From Thermoplasmatota archaeon (GTDB lineage: Archaea; Thermoplasmatota; Thermoplasmata; UBA10834): a stretch of DNA of 64,000 bases. Both the position numbers and the translations under genes were made by a program. The DNA lies in NCBI GenBank assembly GCA_040751795.1, contig JBFMHR010000003.1, positions 13,586 through 77,585 of the forward strand, given 5' to 3'. Positions 1 to 9,540 of the stretch are shown here, one piece after another. A model generated the notes under the pieces. That model saw nothing but the letters and a program-made list of their open reading frames with translations, searched no databases and was not told the DNA's origin. Each line of letters opens with the position of its first letter. The stretch's first letter is position 1.

Positions 1-269
1 TAAGGGTGGACGAGAGGGCCATCGCGGCCGCCGGTGCGGTGCTCTACTACGCCAACGTGAACGAGAGGGACGGGAAGGTCTACACCACGACCTCCAGGGC
101 CGTCGGCGTCGTGGGCGTGGCGGACGGCCTCGAGGAGGCCGAGCGCAGGGCCGAGGAGGGCGTGGGGCACGTGACCGGCAAGGTCTTCGTGAGGCACGAC
201 ATCGGGAAGAGGGACATGCTCGACGCGAAGGTCGCCAGGATGAACGCGATAAGGGGGCGGGCCGGATGA
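1..269 (+). CDS. purD: phosphoribosylamine--glycine ligase (PurD), C-terminal fragment entering from the left edge
   Basis: Translation ...GKVYTTTSRAVGVVGVADGLEEAERRAEEGVGHVTGKVFVRHDIG matches the PurD C-domain pattern (GGRVLxV...tl.eA...aY....f.R.DIG). The ORF is open to the window edge. Confidence 0.7.
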   Translation, partial: RVDERAIAAAGAVLYYANVNERDGKVYTTTSRAVGVVGVADGLEEAERRAEEGVGHVTGKVFVRHDIGKRDMLDAKVARMNAIRGRAG

Positions 270-883
270 TGAACCTGGAGAGGGTTGTCTCGAAGATAGA
301 GGAGGAGCTGGACGAGAAGGACCAGATCAGGGAGGTAGCCCTGAAGTCGTCGAGGGCGGTCGTGCGCCTCTCGGGGAACGTGCTCAAGTCGCTCCACAGG
401 GAGGAGGAGCTCGACGACCAGCTGGACGACCTGAAGGACGAGGCCTCGCGCCTGTCGAGCCTGCTCGCGGACCACCCTGACCTGGCCTCGGCCGGCTACG
501 TCGAGAGCGCCTTCCAGGAGTACTCCGAGGTCGGGATCATGCTCTCGATACTGGAGAAGGACGACGTGCCGTCGCCGGAGGACCTGGGCGTCGAGAGCGT
601 GCCGTACCTGCTCGCGCTCGGCGACACGGTCGGGGAGCTGCGGAGGTTCTGCCTGGACGAGCTCAAGCGCGGGAACGTCATGAGGGCCAACTACTTCCTG
701 GACAGGATGGAGGACATCCACACCGCCCTGATGCGCTTCGACTACCCCGACGCGATAGTCGCGATAAGGAGGAAGCAGGACGTCGCCAGGAGCCTCCTCG
801 AGAAGACCCGCGGGGAGGTGGCCGTAGCCGCCAGCGCGAGGAACCTGCAGGACAGGATCGACGACCTCCTGAAGAAGGTCTGA
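266..883 (+). CDS. translin-family protein (archaeal COG2178-type)
   Basis: 205 aa, helical. Block VPYLLALGDTVGELRRFCLDELKRGN ... MRFDYPDAIV..IRRKQDVARSLLEKTRGEV is typical of archaeal translin-like proteins. ATGA overlap with the purD stop. Confidence 0.7.
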   Translation: MMNLERVVSKIEEELDEKDQIREVALKSSRAVVRLSGNVLKSLHREEELDDQLDDLKDEASRLSSLLADHPDLASAGYVESAFQEYSEVGIMLSILEKDDVPSPEDLGVESVPYLLALGDTVGELRRFCLDELKRGNVMRANYFLDRMEDIHTALMRFDYPDAIVAIRRKQDVARSLLEKTRGEVAVAASARNLQDRIDDLLKKV

Positions 884-886
884 GGC

Positions 887-1222
887 TCACTGGAAGTGCT
901 TCTTCAGGATGTTCTCGATGTCGCCCCTGGGGCGGACGCCCGTGACGCGCTCGACCTGCTCGCCCTTCTTGAAGAATATCAGGGTCGGGATGCCGCTTAT
1001 GCCCAGGGACATCGCCGTCCCGGGGCTCTGGTCGGTGTCGAGCTTCGCGAACGTGACCCTGCCCTTGTAGTCCTTCGCGAGCGCCTCGAACGTCGGGGCG
1101 AGCATCCTGCACGGCCCGCACCACGGGGCCCAGCAGTCGACCACAAGCTTCTCGGACGCCTTCACCACGGACTGGAAGTTGGAGTCCGAGACCTCAACGA
1201 TGTCACCTGACACTGCATTCAC
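887..1222 (-). CDS. trxA: thioredoxin
   Basis: 111 aa with the active-site motif WAPWCGPC and a thioredoxin fold-length sequence. Confidence 0.9.
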   Translation of the reverse strand: MNAVSGDIVEVSDSNFQSVVKASEKLVVDCWAPWCGPCRMLAPTFEALAKDYKGRVTFAKLDTDQSPGTAMSLGISGIPTLIFFKKGEQVERVTGVRPRGDIENILKKHFQ

Positions 1223-1273
1223 CTACGGATGTGCCGGTAAGCGCCTCATGGATATTTCAGCCTATGCCAGGGG

Positions 1274-2068
1274 CTACTTCTTCCTCTGCTTCTGGGGCTT
1301 CGCGATGAACATCAGCGCGACGAGTATCGCCATGATGATCACGCCCACCGTGAGTATTGCGCCCACCGGGTTGCCCTGCGAGCCGACGTAGATCGTCTTT
1401 GAGTAGACGTTGTTGCCGTCGCTGAACTCCACGAGGCCGAGCCCGTCGTCTATGACCACGGTCACGACGTGCTCACCCTCGGCTATGTTGGCCCACGTCC
1501 AGTTGTGGACCAGCTCCTTGCTCCCGCCCGCCGCGAGGGAGAACTCCTGCTCGCCGAGCAGGATCCCGTCGGCGAAGAAGCTCGCCTTCACGTCCTCCGC
1601 GTCGACCGTCCCCGTGTTGTACACGGTCGCGGTGATGGTTATCGGCTCGACGACCTTGACCTCGTACTCCCTCACCTCGGTGACGGAGTCGGACGACTCC
1701 GCGCTCTTGGACGTCGCGTTGACCCTCACCTTGATCGTCTGGGCCTCCCCCGGCATGGTCACGGTTAGGTTGAACCTGCCCGTGGCGGAGGAGCCCGTGG
1801 ACGGCGAGACCGACGAGCCGGTCTTGTTGTCCGCGACTATCTCGGCCTTGTACGTGAAGTTCGTCCCCTCGGTCTCCGCCGGGCCGCCCGTGACCGTCAG
1901 GCTGCACGACACCTTCTCGAGGGTGCCTGCGAACGTGGGTATGGTCAGGGATATCTCGACCGGCGTGTAGGCCGACGCGTTCCCGACAGCGCCGAGCAGC
2001 GAAGCGCCGGGCGCCATCAGCAGCGCGGCCGCGAGGAGGGCCATGACCGCCCTGTCGGCCGTCGTCAC
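1274..2068 (-). CDS. membrane-anchored surface protein with CARDB-like domain
   Basis: N-terminal signal-like hydrophobic segment. CARDB-like block ITATVYNTGTVDAEDVKASFFADGILLGEQEFSLAAGGSKELVHNWTW...VVTVVID...SDGNN. C-terminal TM plus KPQKQRKK tail. GTGA overlap with the aglB stop. Six N-x-S/T sequons. Confidence 0.7.
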   Translation of the reverse strand: MTTADRAVMALLAAALLMAPGASLLGAVGNASAYTPVEISLTIPTFAGTLEKVSCSLTVTGGPAETEGTNFTYKAEIVADNKTGSSVSPSTGSSATGRFNLTVTMPGEAQTIKVRVNATSKSAESSDSVTEVREYEVKVVEPITITATVYNTGTVDAEDVKASFFADGILLGEQEFSLAAGGSKELVHNWTWANIAEGEHVVTVVIDDGLGLVEFSDGNNVYSKTIYVGSQGNPVGAILTVGVIIMAILVALMFIAKPQKQRKK

Positions 2069-5000
2069 TTGGGACCACCCCTCCCGAAGCCCTTGCGCCT
2101 CCTAAGGACGAAGAACGCCACGACGAGCGCGGCGAGCGACGCCGCGAGACCGACGTCCAGGTAGATCCGGCCTATGTCGTACTCGTACGTCACGTCGCCC
2201 CTCGTCACATCCAGGCCTCCCGGGCCTATGACGATGTCGGGGAGCAGCACCTGCACCGCGCCCAGGGCGTCGGCCCCGCTGCCGAGCGAGGAGCGGGCGT
2301 GCACGACCGCGACAGCCTTGGGGTCGGCCGTGAGGCTCGTCGCGGTGAACTCCACCGCGAGCTCCTTGGACCCGAAGGCGGCGAGGGTGATGTTCTTGAC
2401 CTCCTCCCCGGTCGCCGGGTCCACCACCCTCGCGGACCAGCCCGAGGCGTTCAGCGCGTCGGAGTTGGACACCGAGAGGAGGTACTCGTCCCCGATGTTG
2501 CCGGTGTTGTTGAGCAGGAACTTGGAGGTCGTGACGTTGGAGCCGGTCGGGGAGGACGCGTTCGCGGCCTCGACGGAGACGGAGTAGACCGGGGAGACGA
2601 CCACCTTGAGGTCCACTGTCGCGCGGGCCGAGCTCTGCGAGCCCGACCTGACCGTGACGGTGATGGTGTTGTTGCCCGCCTCCGCCGCCGACCCGACGGT
2701 GACCTCGGCCACCATGTAGGCCGTGTCGCCGTTCGTCCCGAAGTCTATGGCGACCTCCTCCGGGGAGAAGGCGAGGTCGAAGCCTGTGTTGGTGTACGTG
2801 AACGTGTAGGTGTCCGCTATGTTGCCGGTGTTGACCAGCTCCACGACGTAGCTCACGGACTGGCCGGGGGCCAGCGTCGCCGTCCTGTTCTCGTCCCAGC
2901 GTGCCTCGACGGAGCGCTCGGTGTCCCTCGTGAGGGCGAGGTCGATGTAGACGCTGTCGCCCCCGAGGGCTATGTCGGCCGTGCGGCCGTAGGTGACGCT
3001 CATGCCGCCCTCGGTCCTCACCGCGCTCGAGCTGACCGTGTAGTCGCCGGACGGCAGCAGGAACTGGAAGTACCCGTCCCCGGACGGGACGAATGAGAGG
3101 CGCGTGTTGTTGGTGACGGCTATGACCTCCTCCGTGGCCGGGGCGCCCGCCACGGTCAGGCGGCCCTCCAGGTACTCGCCCACCGACAGCTGCACGGCGG
3201 CCGTGGCGCCCTCGTTCCTGGGCACCGGGAGGTAGGATATCGACACGCGCCTGTCGACGGAGCGCGAGACGTAGACCGTGTAGTCGCCGGGCTGCACCTG
3301 CGCGGAGAACACGCCGGACGAGTCGGTCTGGAACGAGGCGTACATCCCGTACCTGCTGTTCGGGAACACCTCGATGCTGGCCGTGATCGGGTCCCCGTCC
3401 TCGTCGACGACGGTCCCGCTGACGGTGGTGTTGTCGAGCCTGGTCGAGAGCGACGGGTCGAGGGCGACGTCGTCCGTGCCCACGACGATCAGCTGCTCGC
3501 TCCACCGCTCGACGTACATGCTGGTGTCGCCGGCGTGCTCGATGTCCTCGAGGAGGAAGAGCAGGGCGTACTCGCCCGGCGGAAGGGCCAGGGAGTAGTC
3601 CCCGTACCTGGTCGACTGGTTGACGGCCTGGATCCCCTCGGACGAGGTGGCCGTCACGGTCACGACCTTCGTCGCGACGGTGTCGCCGATGCTTATGATC
3701 CCTGAGACATCGTAGGCGCGCTCGAGGTGGATGTCATGGTCGGGGTCGGCCGCCGAGGCCTCCATGGTCCCCATGGACGCGTACGGCGTCGTGCCGATCC
3801 TGCCGGTCGCGTACACCGAGTACTCGCCGGGCATCAGGAAGACGGAGTATGAGAGCGCGATCGGGTCGACCGAGAGCTCCTCAGGGCCCGAGAACTCTAT
3901 GCTTATGTCCTGGGCCGCCCCGAGGACGCTGCCCTGGACCTGGACCCTCAGGACCGCGCCTATGTCGAGCTCGAAGGCGGAGCCGCTCGGCTCCAGGGTG
4001 AATGTCGACTCGTGCTGCCACCACGCGCCCGGCGTGTTGGTCAGCTCCTGGTCCACGACCACGGTGTATGGACCGGGGATGAGCATGGCCGAGTACCGGC
4101 CGGACGCCCCCGAGGCCGCCTCGACGGTGGCGAGGCCCGTGGTCGGGTCCGGGACGAACGAGATGGTCACTCCGGTGATCCCTGCCCCGTCCGATGTCAG
4201 GAGGCCCGTTACCTCGACCGCGTCGGAGAGGGCCACGAAGGCCGTGTCCTCGATGTCGGAGGCGTACAGGAGCTCCTGGGACCACGAGGAGAAGCCCGGG
4301 TCCGCCAGGGACACGGTCACCTCCTCGCCCTTGGGGAAGACGACGCTGAACGAGCCGTCCTCGTAGCTCTTCGCGGTGTGGACGTAGCCGTCGGCGTCGG
4401 TGACGGATATGCCGCCGAAGGGGGCCTTCTCGACGGGCGACGGCTCGGCGTCGCCGTCCGCGTCCTTGTAGAGCGTCCCGGATATCCTCACGCCCTGGGA
4501 GAGGGTGATGACGAGCCCTGTCCGGTCGCCGTCGACCGACAGCTCCCCCCCGTAGACGCCGGAGCCGGTGTGTGAGTTGACCACGACGCCGTACACCCCC
4601 TGCGGGAGCAGCACGTCGAAGCCCCCGAGGTTGTCGCTCTTGGCGACAACGCGCGCGCCCGTGGCGCAGACGAAGGCGATGTCCTCGGACTTGAGGACCG
4701 ACCCGCTCGGGGCCTTGAGCCCGCCGGTGACCTTGAAAGCCTCGTGCACGGGCAGGGCGCCCGTGACAGAGGCCGACTCCCTGAGGTCCACGACCATCGC
4801 GCCCGAGTAGGGGCCCGAGCCGGTCGCGTGGACCGCCTGGAGGGTGTACCTCCCCGCGGGGACCTCGAGCCTGACCCACCCGTACCCGTCCGTGAGGCCG
4901 GAGAGCGAGGAGAGGGGGTCGAAGTCGTCCGTGAGGGCGTAGGCCGCGTACGGGGCCGGGGCACCGTCGACGGTGACCCTGACGCTGACCGTGCACGCGT

Positions 5001-8000
5001 CCCAGAGAGTCACGTTCCTGGTGGACGCCGGGACGGTCTCGAAGCTGAACCTCTCGTCGAAGACGGTCTTCCCGTCCTCTGTCGTCGTCATGACGTACCT
5101 GGAGCCTAGGAGCATGCCGAAGGAGTAGGCGCCGTCCCCCGCCGTGACGGCGGAGAACTCCGCGTCGGAGGCCAGGTCGTCCAGCACCAGCTCGACGCCT
5201 GCCGCAGGGGACCCGTCGGGGTTGAGGAGGTACCCGCCGAGCCTCGCGGGCTCGACCGCGAGGTCGAGGTTGGCCTTCTCGCCCGCCGAGATGTTCTCGG
5301 CCTCGGCGACCGTGAGGTTGGCGCCCATCACGATCGCGTAGATGTCGTACTGCCCGGGGGACACGTTGCCGTCGTAGGAGCCCTCGGGGGCGTCGAACTC
5401 GAAGGTCGCGCCGGTGGCGGTGTCGACCGCGTACACCTCGACGTCCTCCATGAGGATGTCCGTGTCGGCGGTGTAGTTGCCCTCCCCGTCGACGTCCCAG
5501 AAGACGTCGCCGTACACGCGCGAGGCCTTCATGACGTGGTCCTTCGTGATGATGTAGTCGAGGACGCCGTCCCCGTCCAGGTCCTGCCTGACCCGCATCG
5601 CCTGGTCGTCGGTGACGTTGAACTCCATCCTCGCGACGATGTTGGAGCCGGTGAGTCCCGGGTTGACGGCCGACCCGTCCGATATGATGACGGTGACCTC
5701 CCCGAAGGGCGCGAGCAGCGAGTACCTCCCCAGCGCGTCGGTCCTGACCTGCTGGTGGGGTATGCCGTACTCGTCCTGGACGGTGACCCACAGGCCCTCG
5801 GCCGGGTAGCCCTCCTCGGTCGTCACGGTCCCGTTGACGTAGGCCCCGTGGTAGTACTTCAGGAACACCGTCCCGCTGTTGTAGAGCGACGAGGCGCTGT
5901 AGTCGACCACGCCCTCGATCTCCCCGGCAGTTATCTGCTCGTAGAGCTCCAGGGCCTCCTCGTAGCTCACCGCGCGCCAGTCGGCGCTGTGGAGCGCGAC
6001 CTGGCCTGACGGCCACGGGTTGTAGTAGGCGGTCCTGTAGACCGCCCTGAAGTGGGTCATGTTCCAGCCGGGCATCGGGGCGTTCTTCTGGACGGAGCCG
6101 GACACGCCGGGCAGGCCGTCGTTGGCCGCGCCTATGTCGGTCCCGCTGAACCCGCACATCGCCCTGTAGAACATGCTGTCGTAGAACATGTCCGTGTACT
6201 CGATCTCGTAGCTGTAGATGACCATGTCAGCCGTTACCTCGTCGAGGTCGTAGGCTATGCCGTTGCTGTCCACGGCCTTGATGGTGAAGAAGTCGACCGG
6301 GGTGGAGCCGTCTATGCGCCTGTCGGAGAGCTTCGCCGGCGCGTAGAAGATGCCGGTCTGGTAGGCCGACGTGGGGAACAGTCTGGAGTCGACGTTGAAG
6401 TACCTTATCTCCCAGCCGGTCACCTCGCACACCCTGTCGTACAGGCCGACGACGGAGTCCGCCCCGGCCTTCTCTATCTCGACCCTGCCGGCGACGATCC
6501 TCGCGTTGGCCTCGGTGAGGTCGGGGGACATCGGCCCGTAGACGTCCGGGTCGGAGAGCACCTCGTCGATCACCGGCTGGCCCGGGCCCTCGATGATCTC
6601 CTGCATGCGGTCGGGGTCCACGCCGTAGGCGTCCATGGCCTGGACGACGCCCTCCTCGGCCGCGCCGCCTATGCGGTAGGCGCCCTGTATCAGCCTGAAG
6701 GCGAACAGGGCGACCGCGTCGTCCTCGCTCTGGGCCATGATGGCGTTCCCCGTGAACTGGTAGCCGTTCTGGAAGTTGTCCGCCACGGTCGGGTGGTCCC
6801 CGTCCGCGACGGCCTCGAAGCCGTAGTCCCACCACGCGACGTACGCGGGCCTGCTGCTCATCGGGTAGATGTCGGAGTCCTGCTCGGAGAACCAGTCCCA
6901 GGCCGCTGGGTAGTAGTAGGTCGGCAGGGGCAGCGAGTAGCCGAAGGCGCCCAGGTACCAGTTGGAGCCGTTGTACTCGTCGTACCCGCCCGGCCTCATG
7001 AAGCTGGGCATGCTGAAGTAGATCTCCTTGTCGTAGGCCCGCTTCGTCTCGGAGGGGATGCCCGCGTCCACGCTGTACCAGACGTTGGGGAGCAGGATCA
7101 TGAACCCGAGGAAGAGGACGCCCACGACATGGCGCACCTTCACGCTCTTGCGGATGGTCCCGAACAGCGACCCGCTCGCGCCGGCCATCGCCTTGCGCAC
7201 GGAGTTGAAGTCCAGGCCGTCGACTATGATAACGAACACCCACGCCGCGGATATCGCGAACGCCGGGGACGCGTTGATCATGAACCTGCTCGCGGATATC
7301 GCCATGAATATCGAGGCCGCGAGCCAGACGACCATGAAGACGTACGCCGCGCCGGTGCGCTTCGGCACCCGCATGAGCGCGTACATCAGCCCCGCCAGGG
7401 ACAGGAAGAACGTGACCATGCCGAATGAGAGCGCGAGCTCCGAGAACTGGGGCGCCCGCGCCTCCGCGATGGTGGTGTACAGCTTGCTCTGGCTGAAGTA
7501 GCCCTGCCCGGTCATTATGGCCTCGCCGAGCCACGGGTAGAAGAGGCTGATGACGCCCACGATCCCGGCGGTCACGCCGACGATGGCCGGGAGAGACAGC
7601 GTCCACGGGACGTCCCTCGACACCACGAACATGATGCCGAAGAAGAGCGCCCCCGCGGTCAGCAGCACCGGCACGAGGAACCTGTCGTTGAAGAACGAGT
7701 CGATGTAGTTGGCGTAGTACGGGAACGCCAGGAGGTACCCGAAGCCCATCGCGACCAGGATGACCATGGTCACGCTCGTGGAGTCCTGGCCCCTGAACAT
7801 GTTGAAGAAGAGCTCCACGATGTAGTAGACGAGTATGATGACCGTGACGTAGGCGAAGCCGACCCAGGTCATCATTAGGGCGGCGTAGGCCGCGCCCGCC
7901 ATGAGGGCGTAGAGCACCGCGGTGCGGCTCCCGGCGAAGTACGCCTTGAGCCCCGAGACGACCGAAGCCCGGCTCCTCCAGCTCTCGACCCACCTCCTGT

Positions 8001-8643
8001 GCTCCTGGACCCTTATGGCCCTGAGCAGGAAGAAGAAGGTGGTGACTATGAGGAACAGGATGAGGGCGTCGTGGTCGGCGTTGGACAGGACGGTCCTCTG
8101 GATGTGCGCCGGCATCAGCGCGAAGAGGAACGCGGCGGTCATGCCCACCCTCCGGCCGAACACCTCCCTGCCAAGGAAGTAGACCGGGACCACGGTCAGG
8201 GCGCCCCAGAAGGCCGTCGACCATACGAGGAAGAAGCCCGCGGAGTCGCTGACCGAGTCGAAGAGCCCCTGCGCCAGCACCGCCGGTATCGCGACGGACA
8301 TGCTGTACATCGGCGGCCTCGGGTTGACGAGGTTGTCGGGGTAGTTGAGCAGGGGGTCCTTGAAGAGGTTGAGGCCGGTGTCGATGTGGTAGTCGATGAT
8401 CCTGCGCCAATAGTAGGAGTCGGACCCGCCCGAGACGATGTAGTCGTTCTCTGCAGACGTCTCGTAGGCGAAGTACGACCGCACGAAAAGCGCGAGCAGG
8501 ACCGCGAAGGTCAGCATCAGCAATGCCGGCCCGTTGGTTCTCATCCACTTTCCCAACTCGCTCGGCCCCCCGCCCCCCCTCGAAAGCTTGGGCATAAAGG
8601 ACCTAGCAGGACTATCCCTTGCTTCGGCCAACGATAACTCCAC
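2065..8643 (-). CDS. aglB: oligosaccharyltransferase AglB/STT3 fused to a very long array of carboxypeptidase-regulatory-like and CARDB-like beta-sandwich domains with a C-terminal TM anchor
   Basis: 2192-aa ORF. The N-terminal part is multi-TM with GGSDSYYWRR and the STT3 hallmark WWDYGF (AYVAWWDYGFEAV). The C-terminal ~1300 aa shows about eleven repeats ending in G-x-Y-x-[VL] motifs (PGQYDIYAI, AGRYTLQAV, PGPYTVVV, PGEYSVYA, PGDYTVYV...). Two CARDB/NEW3-like modules and a final TM (LAASLAALVVAFFVLRRRKG) follow. The start could be a downstream Met. Confidence 0.85.
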   Translation of the reverse strand: MELSLAEARDSPARSFMPKLSRGGGGPSELGKWMRTNGPALLMLTFAVLLALFVRSYFAYETSAENDYIVSGGSDSYYWRRIIDYHIDTGLNLFKDPLLNYPDNLVNPRPPMYSMSVAIPAVLAQGLFDSVSDSAGFFLVWSTAFWGALTVVPVYFLGREVFGRRVGMTAAFLFALMPAHIQRTVLSNADHDALILFLIVTTFFFLLRAIRVQEHRRWVESWRSRASVVSGLKAYFAGSRTAVLYALMAGAAYAALMMTWVGFAYVTVIILVYYIVELFFNMFRGQDSTSVTMVILVAMGFGYLLAFPYYANYIDSFFNDRFLVPVLLTAGALFFGIMFVVSRDVPWTLSLPAIVGVTAGIVGVISLFYPWLGEAIMTGQGYFSQSKLYTTIAEARAPQFSELALSFGMVTFFLSLAGLMYALMRVPKRTGAAYVFMVVWLAASIFMAISASRFMINASPAFAISAAWVFVIIVDGLDFNSVRKAMAGASGSLFGTIRKSVKVRHVVGVLFLGFMILLPNVWYSVDAGIPSETKRAYDKEIYFSMPSFMRPGGYDEYNGSNWYLGAFGYSLPLPTYYYPAAWDWFSEQDSDIYPMSSRPAYVAWWDYGFEAVADGDHPTVADNFQNGYQFTGNAIMAQSEDDAVALFAFRLIQGAYRIGGAAEEGVVQAMDAYGVDPDRMQEIIEGPGQPVIDEVLSDPDVYGPMSPDLTEANARIVAGRVEIEKAGADSVVGLYDRVCEVTGWEIRYFNVDSRLFPTSAYQTGIFYAPAKLSDRRIDGSTPVDFFTIKAVDSNGIAYDLDEVTADMVIYSYEIEYTDMFYDSMFYRAMCGFSGTDIGAANDGLPGVSGSVQKNAPMPGWNMTHFRAVYRTAYYNPWPSGQVALHSADWRAVSYEEALELYEQITAGEIEGVVDYSASSLYNSGTVFLKYYHGAYVNGTVTTEEGYPAEGLWVTVQDEYGIPHQQVRTDALGRYSLLAPFGEVTVIISDGSAVNPGLTGSNIVARMEFNVTDDQAMRVRQDLDGDGVLDYIITKDHVMKASRVYGDVFWDVDGEGNYTADTDILMEDVEVYAVDTATGATFEFDAPEGSYDGNVSPGQYDIYAIVMGANLTVAEAENISAGEKANLDLAVEPARLGGYLLNPDGSPAAGVELVLDDLASDAEFSAVTAGDGAYSFGMLLGSRYVMTTTEDGKTVFDERFSFETVPASTRNVTLWDACTVSVRVTVDGAPAPYAAYALTDDFDPLSSLSGLTDGYGWVRLEVPAGRYTLQAVHATGSGPYSGAMVVDLRESASVTGALPVHEAFKVTGGLKAPSGSVLKSEDIAFVCATGARVVAKSDNLGGFDVLLPQGVYGVVVNSHTGSGVYGGELSVDGDRTGLVITLSQGVRISGTLYKDADGDAEPSPVEKAPFGGISVTDADGYVHTAKSYEDGSFSVVFPKGEEVTVSLADPGFSSWSQELLYASDIEDTAFVALSDAVEVTGLLTSDGAGITGVTISFVPDPTTGLATVEAASGASGRYSAMLIPGPYTVVVDQELTNTPGAWWQHESTFTLEPSGSAFELDIGAVLRVQVQGSVLGAAQDISIEFSGPEELSVDPIALSYSVFLMPGEYSVYATGRIGTTPYASMGTMEASAADPDHDIHLERAYDVSGIISIGDTVATKVVTVTATSSEGIQAVNQSTRYGDYSLALPPGEYALLFLLEDIEHAGDTSMYVERWSEQLIVVGTDDVALDPSLSTRLDNTTVSGTVVDEDGDPITASIEVFPNSRYGMYASFQTDSSGVFSAQVQPGDYTVYVSRSVDRRVSISYLPVPRNEGATAAVQLSVGEYLEGRLTVAGAPATEEVIAVTNNTRLSFVPSGDGYFQFLLPSGDYTVSSSAVRTEGGMSVTYGRTADIALGGDSVYIDLALTRDTERSVEARWDENRTATLAPGQSVSYVVELVNTGNIADTYTFTYTNTGFDLAFSPEEVAIDFGTNGDTAYMVAEVTVGSAAEAGNNTITVTVRSGSQSSARATVDLKVVVSPVYSVSVEAANASSPTGSNVTTSKFLLNNTGNIGDEYLLSVSNSDALNASGWSARVVDPATGEEVKNITLAAFGSKELAVEFTATSLTADPKAVAVVHARSSLGSGADALGAVQVLLPDIVIGPGGLDVTRGDVTYEYDIGRIYLDVGLAASLAALVVAFFVLRRRKGFGRGGPK

Positions 8644-8778
8644 CTAGTGCGATAGTAGGCTGGGGATGCCTGGGGTGCTATATATACGTTAGGGGCCACT
8701 TCCTACGGAAGTGGCGCGCCGAAACGGCCCATCTGGCACGTCACCCTTTGGCACAGCGGCGGACCCCTCCGGGGGGCG

Positions 8779-9435
8779 TCAGTGCCCGGCGCAGGCCGAG
8801 GCGGTCTCCTCCGCCAACCTCCGGGCGGCCGCGGCGGGGTCCGGGGCCTCGTAGATCGCCCTGCCGACTATGACGAAGTCCGCCCCCGCCCTCAGCGCGT
8901 CGGAGGCGCTCCCGCCCTGGGCCCCGACGCCCGGCGTTATGATCTCCATGTCGCCGACGATCCTCCTCAGGGCGGCTATCCTCTCGGGCCTCGTCGCAGG
9001 CGCGACTATGCCCCTCGCGCCGGAGGCCTTCGCAAGCGCCGCGAGCCTGTCCGCGACGGGCGCCGTGAACTGCTTCCCGCCCGGGTGGCTCATCTCCGTG
9101 AGCACGAACACCTGCCCCTTCGCGGCGTCGACGCACGCCTTGACCGAGTCGTCGCCCGCGAACCCGTGGCATATGACCGCCGACGCGCCCCTGGCCATCG
9201 CCTGCTCGACTATGAGCCGGTTGGTGTTCGGGATGTCGGAGATCTTGAAGTCGCAGATGACCTGCCTGACCTCCGAGAGCTCGGTGATCATCCCGGGGCC
9301 CGCCCCCAGGACCAGCGGCCAGTTGATCTTTATGGCGTCGACGTGGTCCCTCACCTCCCCCACGATGCGCATCGCGTCCTCCCTGGCGGTGACGTCCAGC
9401 GCGAGTATGACCCGCGTGTTCTTCTCGATCCTCAT
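8779..9435 (-). CDS. pyrF: orotidine 5'-phosphate decarboxylase
   Basis: 218 aa. VILALDV..., DFKISDIPNT (DxKxxDIxxT motif), ...IITPGVGAQGG, VIVGRAIY. Confidence 0.85.
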   Translation of the reverse strand: MRIEKNTRVILALDVTAREDAMRIVGEVRDHVDAIKINWPLVLGAGPGMITELSEVRQVICDFKISDIPNTNRLIVEQAMARGASAVICHGFAGDDSVKACVDAAKGQVFVLTEMSHPGGKQFTAPVADRLAALAKASGARGIVAPATRPERIAALRRIVGDMEIITPGVGAQGGSASDALRAGADFVIVGRAIYEAPDPAAAARRLAEETASACAGH

Positions 9436-9540
9436 GGCCGGTTAATCCGCCGGGGGCCGGTTAATCCTTTTGGGAGGGGCGGGGCGAATCTGTTCAATAG
9501 CCGCGACCGCATACGAGGTGCCGTGTCCGAGGTCAGGCGG

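Noticed and set aside
8782-9540. 5' extensions of listed ORFs: 8782-9540, 24044-25591, 53024-53674, 56032-56526, 59669-59875, 28618-29064, 15536-15658, 28493-28630.
   Set aside because: The extensions overlap neighbouring genes on either strand, and homology begins only at the internal start used in the feature table.
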